Positions 1 through 11,269 of a stretch of DNA of 64,000 nt are shown in pieces. Both the position numbers and the translations under genes were made by a program. Under the pieces are notes generated by a model. That model was not told the DNA's origin, made no database searches, and worked only from the letters and a program-made list of their open reading frames with translations. This DNA comes from Malacoraja senta (lineage: Eukaryota): NCBI GenBank assembly GCA_038087875.1, contig CM075992.1:4962001-5026000 (forward strand), read 5' to 3'. Within the stretch, counting starts at the first letter, position 1; each line of letters starts with the position of its first letter.

Positions 1-579
1 GCTTGGAGTAACGGAAGACGGGAACAAACTGAACACATTTCAAAATTCATTTTTTAATTATGGGTTAATAACGGCAAAAAAAAACGTATATTTAAATTTT
101 GGAAAAATACACCCATACCAACGCTTAAAATGTGGATTTCAAACATGTTGGACACCGCACATCTTGAAGAAATGCGATTCCTCCTAACAGACAAAACCAG
201 ACCAATTCTTAACGAGTTGGTCTCCATTTATCGACTTCTTGGAAGCATATGGTGCAACAAAATCGTAGAAACCAACTGTTTCAGGACTGGGTGAAGGATG
301 GTCAAGAATATAAATAACTATCTCCTATAATCTCGTACTCTCTACTACTTCTCTTTCTCTCTCTTTTTTTTTCTTCCCCTCTTTCCCCCCTTTTCCTTTT
401 CACACACCTAGACATCACACGCTTTTCTATTTCTTTATTACCTATTCTATCTTTCTCTCTTTTATTATTAAAGGAAAAAAAACCCCGAAGCTGTACATGA
501 AATGTAACATGCCAATATATATTAGGCACCTTGGTGTCACATTACTGTACTTCTAAAATAAAAATATTTTAAAAAAAAG
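1..579 (+). mobile_element. 3' end of an L1/Tx1-like LINE (degenerate ORF2 C-terminus, 3' UTR, A-rich tail)
   Basis: Frameshifted translation gives ...WKNTPIPTLKMWISNMLDTAHLEEMRF... and ...FLTSWSPFIDFLEAYGATKS*, resembling L1-clade ORF2 C-termini; pyrimidine-rich UTR, then AATAAA and an A-rich tail at ~555-579. Confidence 0.6.
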
Positions 580-609
580 CTAAACATGAATTGTTTTCTC
601 TGGAACATC

Positions 610-1075
610 AAAGGTTGAGGGGAGACGATAAAAATATATAAAATTTGGAGAGCATAGATTGGGTAGACAGTCAAAACCTTTTTTCCCAGGGTGGCAATGT
701 TGAATACCAGAGGGGGAGACGATAAAAATATATAAAATTTGGAGAGCATAGATTGGGTAGACAGTCAAAACCTTTTTTCCCAGGGTGGCAATGTTGAATA
801 CCAGAGGGCATAGCCATGAGATGAGAGGGGGAGAGTTTAACGGAGATGTGCGTGGCAAGTTCTTTACACAGAGAGTGGTGGGGCCTAGAACACGCTGACA
901 TGGGCGGTGGTTGAGGCAATAGTGAAGTTCGAAAGGATTTTAGGTAGGCACATGGAACTGCAAGGAATAGATGATATGGACCATGTACAGGCAGAGGAGT
1001 TCAGATCAGCTTGGCATCATGTTCGGCACAGACATTGTGATGGAAAGGCCTATGCTTACAGTTCTGTGTCCTATA
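610..1075 (+). mobile_element. CR1/HER1-like LINE 3' fragment with an internal ~92-bp tandem duplication
   Basis: Typical CR1 3' sequence (ttctttacacagagagtggtg...); the segment gagggggagacgataaaaat...gaataccagaggg is repeated from ~617 and ~709. Confidence 0.75.
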
Positions 1076-1554
1076 TGATGTGCAATAATGGGGTAAGTTT
1101 ATTTAAAAAATGATTAGCAATAATCAAATAAACTTTGGTTAACATAAGAAGAGGCATCACCTGAATAGTCCTTGAAATAAACACTGTTTAATCATGTGCC
1201 CAATATTTTAATTAGTTCGGTTTCATAATATACATGGCATTAAAATTCAATGTTTTTTGCGAAAATTCAAAAGATTTTCAGTGTGTTTAGTTCCATTTTG
1301 TTTTGTTGCCCAGCAACCAAAAGAGGATGAGAACACTCAACAATGGCTTGTATTTCCATAGCCAGTTTAATATCAATGAACATGGCAGAATGTTTCACAA
1401 AGGTAGAATAACAAAATATGAATGCCAAGCTAATTAACCCAAAAGAGTAGGCTGTAAAATGGTGCAGGGTTTTATGGAGTTGGAAAATGAACCAGGGCAG
1501 AAATCTAGACTATACAGTGAAGATCACTAGACTATCTAGACTATACAATAGATC

Positions 1555-2175
1555 AGTGGATGAACGCAGTCAACCTAGGCCTGCACTTCATCCTCCAGCA
1601 CAAGGGGACCTATGCAAGGATTTTGTTTGTTGATTTTAGCTCTGCATTCAACACCATTGTGCCAGAGCTACTACACTCCAAACTCTCCGAGTTGACTGTG
1701 CCTGAACCCCTCTGTCAGTGGATCACCAACTTCCTGTCAGACAGGAAGCAGCATGTGAGGCTGGGATAGCACATCTCGGACCCACTGACCCTCAGCGTAG
1801 GAGCACTGCAAGGCTGCGTACTATCTCCTCTCCTTTACTCTCTCTACACCAACGCCTGTACCACCACTGACTCCTCTGTCAAGCTTCTCAAGTTTGCGGA
1901 CGACGCAACCCTGATTGGACTGATCCAGGATGGGGAGGAATCTGCCTACAGACAGGAAGTGACACAGCTGGCATCCTGGTGCCATCGCAACAACCTGGAG
2001 CTCAATGCTCTAAAGACAGTGGAACTGATTGTAGACTTTAGGAGAGCTCCTCCTCCCCTCCCCTCCCCCCACTCGCCATCAACAACACCACAGTCACATC
2101 TGTGGAGTCTTTTAAGTTCCTTGGAACCATCATCTCCAGGGACCTTAAATGGGAGGCCACCATCGAGTCCACAAG
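1555..2175 (+). mobile_element. Rex1/Babar-like LINE reverse transcriptase fragment (disrupted)
   Basis: ORF track: ARILFVDFSSAFNTIVPELLHSKL...WITNFLSDRKQHVRLG, an in-frame stop, then QGCVLSPLLYSLYT, KFADD and LASWCHRNNLELNALKTVELIVDFRR RT motifs. Confidence 0.85.
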
Positions 2176-2779
2176 ACACAAAATGGCTCCTGTTTCCTCC
2201 CACACTCCAAAGATGTGCAAAATTGTCACAAATGTGTAGGATAGAAGTAGCAGTGGGCTGAGTCAGTGGGCTGAAGGGCCTGTTTCCACACTGTATCTCT
2301 CAACTCTAAAATGGAATTAAAAACTCAATTGTTGGCCGGATGGGTGGCAAGCTGGAACAGCCTGAGGAACTTGGCTGAGGGGTGAGGTACAGGGTTGGAG
2401 TACAATTTATTGGTATGTTCAGCGCTGGAGCAGTAGTTTTGCTCTTCCTAGAACTTTCACGAGGTATCCCATCGAGGACCACACATGGAACAAGCCCAAC
2501 TCAGGCAGTGAGGTAGCAGGGATACAGTAACTCCAGAGATGAGAGCGGCCTGCTGAATAATCAGACAGAATTGATAAGTGGCAACATGTAGCCAAGGAAG
2601 AAGGAAGTGAGAAAGGCTTCTTGTTGCTCACTTCCTTCTCTCTCCTCTGCATGGGTTGTGCCCAACAAAGAGGTTTGGTTCACAGAATAGTCTATTAAAT
2701 GATAAACCTTTTTATTGTATCCAGTCTGCAGGAATAAAGTATTTGAAGAGCTTCCCCATATGTAGGAGAATTAAAAAGA

Positions 2780-3212
2780 CTACAAAAATGCACACAATGT
2801 GCGGGGGTAACTCAACGGGTCAGGCAGCATCTCTGGAGAACATCGATACTGGAGATGTAATAAAATGGATGAAGATGCTGCTTTAGACCAAAGGTAGACA
2901 CAAAATGCTGGAGTAACCCAGCGGGTCAGGTAGCATCCCTGGAAAAAGTGGATTAGTGATACTCTGGGTCGGGACCTTTCTTCAAACTTATAGATGCCAG
3001 AGATGCTACCTGACCTAGACAGCATCTTTGGAGAAAGAGGATGGGTGACATTTCGGGCTGGGACCTTACCTCAACTCTAGTCTGAAGAAGGGTCCCGACC
3101 TGAAACGTCATCCATCCTTTTTCTCCAGAGATGCTGCCTGACCCACTGAGTTACTCTAGCACTTTGTGTCTATCTTCGGTATAAACTAGCATCTGCAGTT
3201 CCTTTCTACACA
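2780..3212. mobile_element. Cluster of non-autonomous Penelope-derived terminal repeats with a minimal hammerhead core
   Basis: Inverted copies of gatgctgcctgaccc...ttactccagca; core CTGAAGA-AGGGTCCCGACCT-GAAACGTC at 3082-3109. Confidence 0.7.
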
Positions 3213-5539
3213 GTACATGGTTCATTTTTGGTAGAATGTTAGAGAGGAAACTAAGAGCAAATGTAGAAATCGCTATGAGTTAATAGTTAATAGTGTTGGA
3301 TGGAAGTGGTTGAGTAATGGGTTTGGTAAATGTCCAGAAGGTGTGGCTCTTGAAGTCAATGGTAATTGTGGTTCATAGTTCCAAAGTTGACTCAGAGCTT
3401 TAGGAGGAAATGTAGGAAGAATATTGAAAATTATATACATTTACATTGAACATGCAAGTTTCCTTCATCATCGTTACTTTTTGTATATACTTCATTCATT
3501 TGTTCTATATCACAGTCCATAATCTGTAGCCTCCCTTTGATCTGGTATTTTGTTGGTTCACATGCTTGATCAATGGTGTTTTATCATTAATGTTTTATTA
3601 TTATTAAAGTTTAGTGTTTTCTGAGTCATTCGTAACTGTCACTGTATGTCATGTTGTTACTTGTGGGCGGAGCAGCAAGGCAAATTCCTTGTATGTGAAT
3701 ACTTGGCCAATAAACTTATTTACTTACTTACTTATATCTCTCGTTACCCGTTCTCATGACTCTCAGTCTGAAGAAGGGTCTCGAGCTGAAACGTCACCTA
3801 CTCCTTCAATCCAGAGATGCTGCCTGGCCGGCTGAATTACTCCAGGTATTTGTGTCTATCTTCGGTAGAAAAAGGCTTTGGCCCAACTTGTTCATTCCAG
3901 CATATATACCTCATTTAAACTAATTTCCATCCTTTCTCCATTCATTCCTATCAACACAATCCTACAACTTACTGTGTTTCTAGATGTGTCAATTGAAAAA
4001 AAATCAAGGCCACATCTACTCTCAGAAAGGCAAAAAGATCCCATTCAATCTGATGAACGATCTCGACCCAAAGCATCATCTGCCCTTTCCTTCCACAGAT
4101 GCTGCCTGACCAGCTGAGTTCTTCCAGCGTTTTGTGGTTAGTTAAAGATCTCATGGCACTACAATGAAGAATAGGGTGAGTTGTCTGTTTTTTTGGTCTC
4201 CATCATCTGCTCTCCACTGATCTTTGGTTTTATGTTGGGTTGTTGTTGGGGAAGGCGAGAGCTGGTTAGTTTATCATGGTGGTGATGATTTTTTGGAGCA
4301 GGTAGCACGGGATTACATGGTACCCGTGGCGGGGGGAACTCCCCCCGACCTGACCTGATACCCTGCTTTACAGGTTGTCAATTGACACTTGCAAGTGCAT
4401 GCATGAAAACAAGCATCCGCCTGCCTCAAAATGGGAGGCACAGTGGGAGAAAAAGAGGCTTAGCATGAAAATGCCGACACATTTGAACCGAAAGGTTAGA
4501 CCAATGGTAGGAATGTCAATGATAAGGATAGAATAGGACAGGTTTAGGAGGGATATGGACCAGTGTAGCTGGGACATGTTGGCCGGTGTGGGCAAGTTGG
4601 GCCGAAGGGCCTGTTTCCACACTGTATCACTCCATGACTTTGAGGAAGGTTTCCAATCAAGATTCTCTTGAGTTTTAAAGACATGAAAGCAGATTTGAAA
4701 ATACAAGCTGGGGAAAATACACTGGGCTTTACAGCACATTGAAAACCACTTGGTATATGTAGCATAGACAGCTGAGTCTGACAGTCACAGATTACAAATG
4801 CAATTATTTGCAGGCACAAGAGTGGCAGTTTAAACCTGTACTCTTGAGAACATTGGCTTCACAACCAGCTGAGATCAAGTGGTAGATGCCCAGCAAAGTT
4901 TGAATTCAAATGTCAAGTTGTCTTCGAAGATTGACACAAAAAGCTGGAGTAATTCAGCGGAACAGGCAGCATTTCTGGAGAGAAGGAATGGGTGACGTTT
5001 CGGGTCAAGACCCTTCTTCAGACTGATCAAGTTCATTATTTGGAACGTCGAGATTTCTTGGTGGGTTTAGAGTTTAGAGATAGAGCGGGGGAACAGGCCC
5101 TTCGGCTCACGGACCAGCAACCCCCGCACACTAAACTATCCTACACACACTAGGGACAATTTACAATTTTACTGAAGCCAATTAACATACACACATGTGC
5201 ATCTTTGGAGTATGGGAGGAACTTGGATAGAAAACCCACATTTTCACAGGAATCTGGACAGAATCAACAATCAGAGTCTTTACTTGAGAATGTCAGATGC
5301 GATCAATTAACGACTCAGAAAGATCAAAGATTGAAAGTGCAAAAAGCTTCTTGTTGCAAAGAGACTTGTTGGCAGGTTTGCAATCTGACAGAGAGACATT
5401 GTGTTGTTTTGCCGACAATAACATGTTTAAAGAAACTGACACAAAGTACTGGAGTAACTGAGTGAGATAAAGCGAGAAACAAGTGAGATAAAGTAAGAAA
5501 AATGAGAAGAAATGAGAAACTGAGGTGAAAAGGTGTGGG

Positions 5540-6052
5540 GGAAGGAGGAAGTGAGAGAGAAAGGGAGGGAGGGGAGGGGGAGGGGGAGAGAGGGAGAGAG
5601 GGGGAGAGAGAGAGAGGGGGGGAGAGAGGGGGAGGGAGAGAGATGGGGAGAGAGAGGGGGAGAGGGGGGGAGAGAGGGGGGAAGAGGGGGAAAGAGGGGG
5701 GAAAGAGGGGGGAAAGAGGGGGGAAAGAGGGGGGAAAGAGGGGGAGAGAGGGGGAGAGAGGGGGAGAGAGGGGGAGAGAGGGGGGTAGAGGGGGGGAGAG
5801 AGGGGGGAGAGAGGGGGGTAGAGAGAGGGGGGGAGAGAGGGGGGGAGAGGGGGGGAGAGAGCGGGGGGAGAGAGCGGGGGGGAGAGAGGGGGGGAGAGAG
5901 AGGGGGGGAGAGAGGGGGGGGAGAGAGGGGGGGGAGAGAGGGGGGGAGAGAGGGGGAGAGAGGGGGGGAGAGAGGGGGGGGAGAGAGGGCGGGGAGAGAG
6001 GGGGGGGAGAGAGGGGGGGGAGGGAGAGAGAGGGAGAGAGAGGGAGAGAGAG
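5540..6052. repeat. Polypurine (GA/GGGGAGAGA) low-complexity satellite
   Basis: ~510 bp of almost only G and A on +; explains the spurious Pro/Ser- and Gly/Glu/Arg-rich ORFs. Confidence 0.95.
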
Positions 6053-6576
6053 AACCATTGAACAAGCAGGAAACATGTAACAGATAATATATGCACCATA
6101 ATCACCCTTAAAAAGCCTTTGGTTTATGACCAGAAAAATGTTAATGTAGATTGAACAATAATTATTGCAAGGAGATAAAAGGAGAATTCCCTGCCCCTTC
6201 GTTTCTTTTATTTCTTCTATCATTATCTCTGAGATATTAGAGGATAGCTGATAATGCAACAAACAGGGATACAGATCTACAAAGGGATATATTGTGCAAA
6301 GCAGAATCTCTTTGAAACACAGGCAGCTTTTCTCCTGAAGTAAAGAGAGATTCTTTCTTGAACATACAACGTGTCAACAACATACACTCCAGCAGTTGGT
6401 CACGTGCTTGAATCGTAAAGTCATACCAGCCAGTATTACATATGTCACAATTTACCAATTGGGGAAGGGTTAACAAAAAGCTTCTATAATCATCACTTCT
6501 TTCACTGAAAGCATGTTGAGTACATGGAACGAGCTCCCAGAGGTGGTAGTTGAGGCAGGTACTATAACATCGTATA

Positions 6577-6805
6577 GGGGCTGTGTAGCGGTAGAGTTGC
6601 TGCCTTACAGCGCATTGCAGTGCCGGAGACCGGGTTCGATCCCGACTGCAGGTGCTGCCTGTACAGAGTTTGTACGTTTTCTCCGTGACCGCGTGGGTTT
6701 TCTCCGAGATCTTACGTTTCCTCCCGCACTCCAACGATGTGCAGGTTTGGAGGTTAATTGGCTTGGTGTATGTGTGAATTGTCCCTAGTGTGTGTAGGAT
6801 AGTGC
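6577..6805 (+). mobile_element. tRNA-derived V-SINE (HE1-like), partial
   Basis: A box tgtagcggtagag, B box ggttcgatccc, V-domain gggttttctccg...ttcctccc.cactcca. Confidence 0.8.
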
Positions 6806-7632
6806 TGGAGTAACTCAGGGGGTCAGGCAGCATCTCTGGAGAACATGGAAAGTTGACGATTTGGTTCTGAACCCATCTGAAGAATCAGTCTGAAGAAGGA
6901 TCCCGACCCGAAATGCCACTATCTATCTATGTTCCCCAGAGATGCTGCCTGATCTACTGCCAGTCTTGATAAACCAGCATCTGCATTTCCTTGTTCCATT
7001 TCCCCACAGATGGGTTTCAATTTGTTTTAGTGTTGAGCCCCTCCTGTGTCCTTTTTTAACAATATTTTAGCTGAATTTGGAAAGGATACAGGCCGCTGCT
7101 CATGTTAAATATGCAGAGATAGTGGATGGGACATAATCTACAGAGTTTACAGTGGTAAAGTTTGGATTGGAAACTTAAAATATATGATGTCCATTAATCA
7201 ATGTCAGGTTTTGATGATCACAGTTAAGAATGACCATTATATCTAATTGCTGCTCTTCGATGAATATTGTCACAAGGCTTATCTCTGGATGAAGCAGACG
7301 TGTTTCTTCCATGGCAACCTGTGAGGTGACTGATTTAATTGTCAAGATAAAAGGAAACCAAATGCTGAACATCTGAAAGAGAAGCGGAAGAACAGAGCAA
7401 GCAATTAGCATTTGAAAGGGAAAACTGGGCCAATATATCAGGGAGAATAATTCAAAAGGAAAAGGAGCTCATCGGAAAGGTAATTACTTGCAGGGGCATT
7501 ACAGAACCACAGAATGGTTACAACATTTTTTTTAAATGCCATTCTGCCCCTTGAGTCCGTACTAGCTCTCTGGCAAGAGCGATTAAAACAATCAAATCAG
7601 CTTAATCTCTGCCCCGAGGCTTTATATTTTAA

Positions 7633-7922
7633 AGATACAGAAACAGACCCTTCAGCCAAATGAGTACACACCGACCAGCGACCACCCTGTACACTAACAC
7701 TATCCGATACGCTAGGTATGATTTACAATTTTACCAAAGTCAAAGAACCTATAAACCATACGCCTTTGGAGTGTGGGAGGAATCCGGAGCACCTGGAGAA
7801 AACCCACGCAGGTCACGGGGAGAACGTACAAACTCCGTACGGACAGCACCCGTAGTCAGGATCGAACCCCGGTCTCTGGCGCTGTGAGGCAGCAACTTTA
7901 CCGCTGCGCCACCGTGCTGCCC
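7633..7922 (-). mobile_element. tRNA-derived V-SINE (HE1-like)
   Basis: Reverse-complement SINE ending in ggatcgaacccc...accgctgcgccaccgtg (A/B boxes on -). Confidence 0.85.
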
Positions 7923-8109
7923 TATTGTTGATAATCTGGAATTTAAAGGAAAACAACTGGTCTTGGCAACGATGTGTGAAAAACTACTGGCTTGTCATTA
8001 AAATCCCATTTGATTCACTAATATCCAGGAGATTATGAAATTACTGCACTGTCCTTAACTGGTCTGTTAATATGCGACCAAATCCTTATCCATCTGTTTG
8101 TTCTTGGGC

Positions 8110-8710
8110 TCGGTCCACCAAGGACTACTGGATCTGCCAATGGCTAACCATTTTAACTCCCCTTCCATTCCCACACTGACATTTCTGTCCTGGGCCTCCT
8201 CCATTGCCAGAGTGAGGCCACACGCAAACTGGGGGAACAGCACCTCATATTCCGCTTGTGCAGCTTACAACAATGAGTTACGAACAATGAGTTCTCCAAC
8301 TTTAGGTAACCTCTAACAACCACTCTCCTCCCCTTTCTCCCCCAAACCCTCTCCCTTTCTCCATCCCTCCCCTAACCTGTAACCCACCAGGACTCCCACC
8401 CATTTCTCTGCTCCCCTATCCCCAATATTCCCTCCTCCAGCTTCACAATTGGCAACTCTTCAAACCTGTCTCACACCTTCTGCTTTTATCTCTGGCCTTT
8501 GTTCCAACCAGCTGCCTATCAAACCCACCCACTCCTCATCTGTGTGCACCTATAACCCGCCACACTTTGTTCACATCTTTCACATCTTTCTTCCCCATTC
8601 TGCAATCAGTCAGAAGAAGGGTCCCGACCCGAAACGTCACCTATTCATGTTCTCCAAAGATGCTGCCTGACCCGCTGAGTTGCTCCAGCGCTTTGAGCAC
8701 TTTGTGTCCG
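8110..8710 (+). mobile_element. Degenerate Penelope-like element 3' end
   Basis: Homologous to 28100-28480 (DLPMANHFNSPS...EQHLIFRL), followed by the terminal repeat with a hammerhead-like core at ~8611-8638. Confidence 0.75.
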
Positions 8711-9577
8711 TTTGCCCTTAAATGTCCCCTAGAAAGGGTTGAGGAAGCCCCTCTATTCAGAGGCAATTAGATATGGGTTAGGGGAGGGGAAGAACAATGG
8801 AGGAACCGGCGTATGGGGACTACTGTAAGGGAGGGGAAGGGGGAGCACATAGGGGGAACCTGGCGTGGATACACTGTAACTTTGTCAGCGCCCTTTATGA
8901 GTGACTATTTGCATGCCTTGTTTAAGAAGGAATTGCAGATGATGGAAAATCGAAGGTAGACAAAAATGCTGTTGAAACTCAACGGGTGAGGCAGCATCTA
9001 TGGAGCGAAGGAAATAGGCAATGTTTCGGATCGAAACCCTTCTTCAGACCCAAGGTATGCAAGCAAAGAATTTCACTGTGACTTGTCACACGTGACAACG
9101 AAGTATTAATCAATTCATTCATTCATGGGTGATAAATGGTAGCTTTGCAAGTGATGCCTGCATACATTCTGAAAAATATGAATGAATTAAAAAAACAAAA
9201 ATCCCCCCTCCTTGGAATAATTTTGGTAAATCTCTTCCACACCCTTGCTAAAGCTTTAATATCTTTTCTAAAGCATGACACACAAAACTAGATACAATAC
9301 TCCAGTTGTAGTCAGATCAGTGTCCTTGTATTCATGCCTGAATTGATGGTGCCCGGGATATGAATACTTCTTTATCCACACTATAAACCTGCCCTACAAC
9401 TTTTAACGGACAACACACACACACTCTCTGTTATCCTATTTCCCATAGATGCTGCCTCACCCGCTGAGTTTCTCCAGCATTTTTGTCTACCTTGTTTGCC
9501 TTTAACAAATCCTAGATTTCTCTAATCAGTGACTGTTAATTCTGCCCTGATTACTGTTTCCAGAACTTTCCCCCCCT

Positions 9578-9827
9578 CTTAGTCTCAGTCCTAAATGGCC
9601 TACCCCTTATTCTTAAACTGTGACCCCTGCTTCTGGACTCCACAAACATTGGGAACATTTTTCCTGCATCTAACCAATCCCTCAAGAATTTTATATGTTT
9701 CTTCAAGATCCCCTCTCATCCTTGTAAATTCCAGTGAATATAAGACCAGTCGATCGATTCTTTCATCATATGTCAGTCCCGCCATCCCGGGAATTAACCT
9801 GGTGAACCTACTCTGCACTCCCTCAAC
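9578..9827 (-). mobile_element. CR1/HER1-like LINE fragment
   Basis: Translation RFTRLIPGMAGLTYDERIDRLVLYSLEFTRMRGDL. Confidence 0.85.
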
Positions 9828-10225
9828 AAATTGGAAAGGACCCGACCCGAAACATTGCCTATGTTTTCTAGAGATGTTGCCTGACCTATAAGTATTGATT
9901 TTTCTACCTTCAAGTAACCCTTGCATCCCCTCTCTCCCCGTCCCTCCCCCACCCTAGTCGTTGCATTAGTTTCACTGTCGTCTTGTTAAGTTTCACTGTC
10001 TGTATAATTCGTCACCACCTCGCCCACAGCCAACAATGGACCGTTTCCATGATCATTGTTACTTTTTTTGTGTGCATATCTTTCATTCATTTGTTCCATG
10101 TCTCTCTATTCCACCGTCTCTATCTCTCGTTTCCTTTCCCCCAGACTCTCAGTATGAAGAAGGGCGTCGACCAGATCCGTCCCCAATTGCTTATCTCCGG
10201 AGATGCTGCCTGTCCCACTGAGTTA

Positions 10226-10595
10226 AGCCCCTGTCCCACTTAGGAGACCTAAACAGCAACCTCTGGTGACCTTGCCCGCTACCCAAGGTTTCCATGAGGT
10301 CACCGGAGGTTTTGGCCACTCTCCCTCATGGTTGAAAGTGGTTTCCGCGTGGTCGAGGCTTCATCTAGGTTGCTGCTATTTTTTCATCATGATTAAAACC
10401 GGCCTGGACTAAAAATATGTTTTTTTGTCGCAGGTCTAGTCAAAACCGGTTGTGATGCTAGTCGCTAGTCAAGGGAGGTCGAAGGAGGTTTTCTTCATAG
10501 TCGAGGAAGGTTTTCAACATATGCGTGGGAGGTGGTGGGTGGCAGGCAAGGTCACCAGAGGTTGCTGTTTAGGTCTCCTAAGTGGGACAGGGGCT
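10226..10595. mobile_element. PIF/Harbinger-type MITE
   Basis: Long TIRs AGCCCCTGTCCCACTTAGGAGACCTAAACAGCAACCTCTGGTGACCTTGCC with their reverse complement at the right end; TTA TSD at 10223-25 and 10596-98, splitting a host repeat (gagTTActccagc). Confidence 0.9.
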
Positions 10596-10671
10596 TTACT
10601 CCAGCATTTTGTGTCTATCTTCGGTTTAAACCAGCGCCTGCAGTTCCTTCTCTGCAGCGCCTGGTGGGTAA

Positions 10672-10690
10672 AACTACAACTCCCAGCATA
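10672..10690 (+). promoter_or_regulatory. ZNF143/Staf (SBS, ACTACAnnTCCCA) promoter motif upstream of RNASEH2A
   Basis: AACTACAACTCCCAGCATA, ~450 bp upstream of the ATG in a CpG-richer region. Confidence 0.7.
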
Positions 10691-10943
10691 TGAGAGCGGT
10701 GTGAAGGCTCCACATGCGGAAGCACTAACTTGTTCGCGATCAAAACACACTCGTATTCATCGCTAATTAAATTGCAACGCGCTGTGAAATTTCTTTGTTG
10801 GATTTTAACTCCTGAATTTGGGGAAATTCCCAATTTGTAATTTGGAAGTTGGTTGTGGTTGAGGGAGTCAAGGGTCAGAGGTGGAAACCGAATGCGGGAA
10901 AGTTTGGTGCCGGCAAGTGGCTGGACAGAGTCGGGCAAACTCC

Positions 10944-11021
10944 TGCACCCCTTGCCCGGACTCAGCCCCGCACCCCTCGCCCGGGACTCAGCCCGCACCC
11001 CTTGCCCGGACTCAGCCCGCC
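10944..11021. repeat. Three-copy ~25-bp GC-rich tandem repeat in the promoter/5' UTR
   Basis: cacccc(t/c)tgcccggactcagcccg x3, imperfect. Confidence 0.85.
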
Positions 11022-11141
11022 TGCCTGTCCTTCTATAGTCTGCACCAAAGATTATATCCTCTAGTATCTTTGGTCTGCACGCTGCACTTCTGCAGCCCAC
11101 AAACCCCCAGCCAGCCAGCCAGCCAGCAGCTTCCCAGCCGT

Positions 11142-11268
11142 ATGGAGCTGAGCGAGTGGCGCCGCGACCCGGGCAGTAGCTGCCGTCTGAGCTCGGCCGT
11201 GGCCGCCGCCTGCCGCGAGGAACCCTGCATCCTGGGGGTGGATGAGGCGGGGAGAGGCCCCGTGCTGG
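11142..11268 (+). CDS. RNASEH2A: Ribonuclease H2 subunit A, coding exon 1
   Basis: [43 protein letters not shown] (D34/E35, G37); donor G|gtgagt; 127 nt. Confidence 0.97.
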
Positions 11269-11269
11269 G

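Noticed and set aside
5293..6262. Long Pro/Ser/Leu- and Gly/Glu/Arg-rich ORFs
   Set aside because: Translations of the polypurine tract; open in several frames on both strands.
1100..10200. A divergent upstream gene (e.g. prdx2, as in human)
   Set aside because: No recognisable coding exons found by eye; cannot be excluded without a search.
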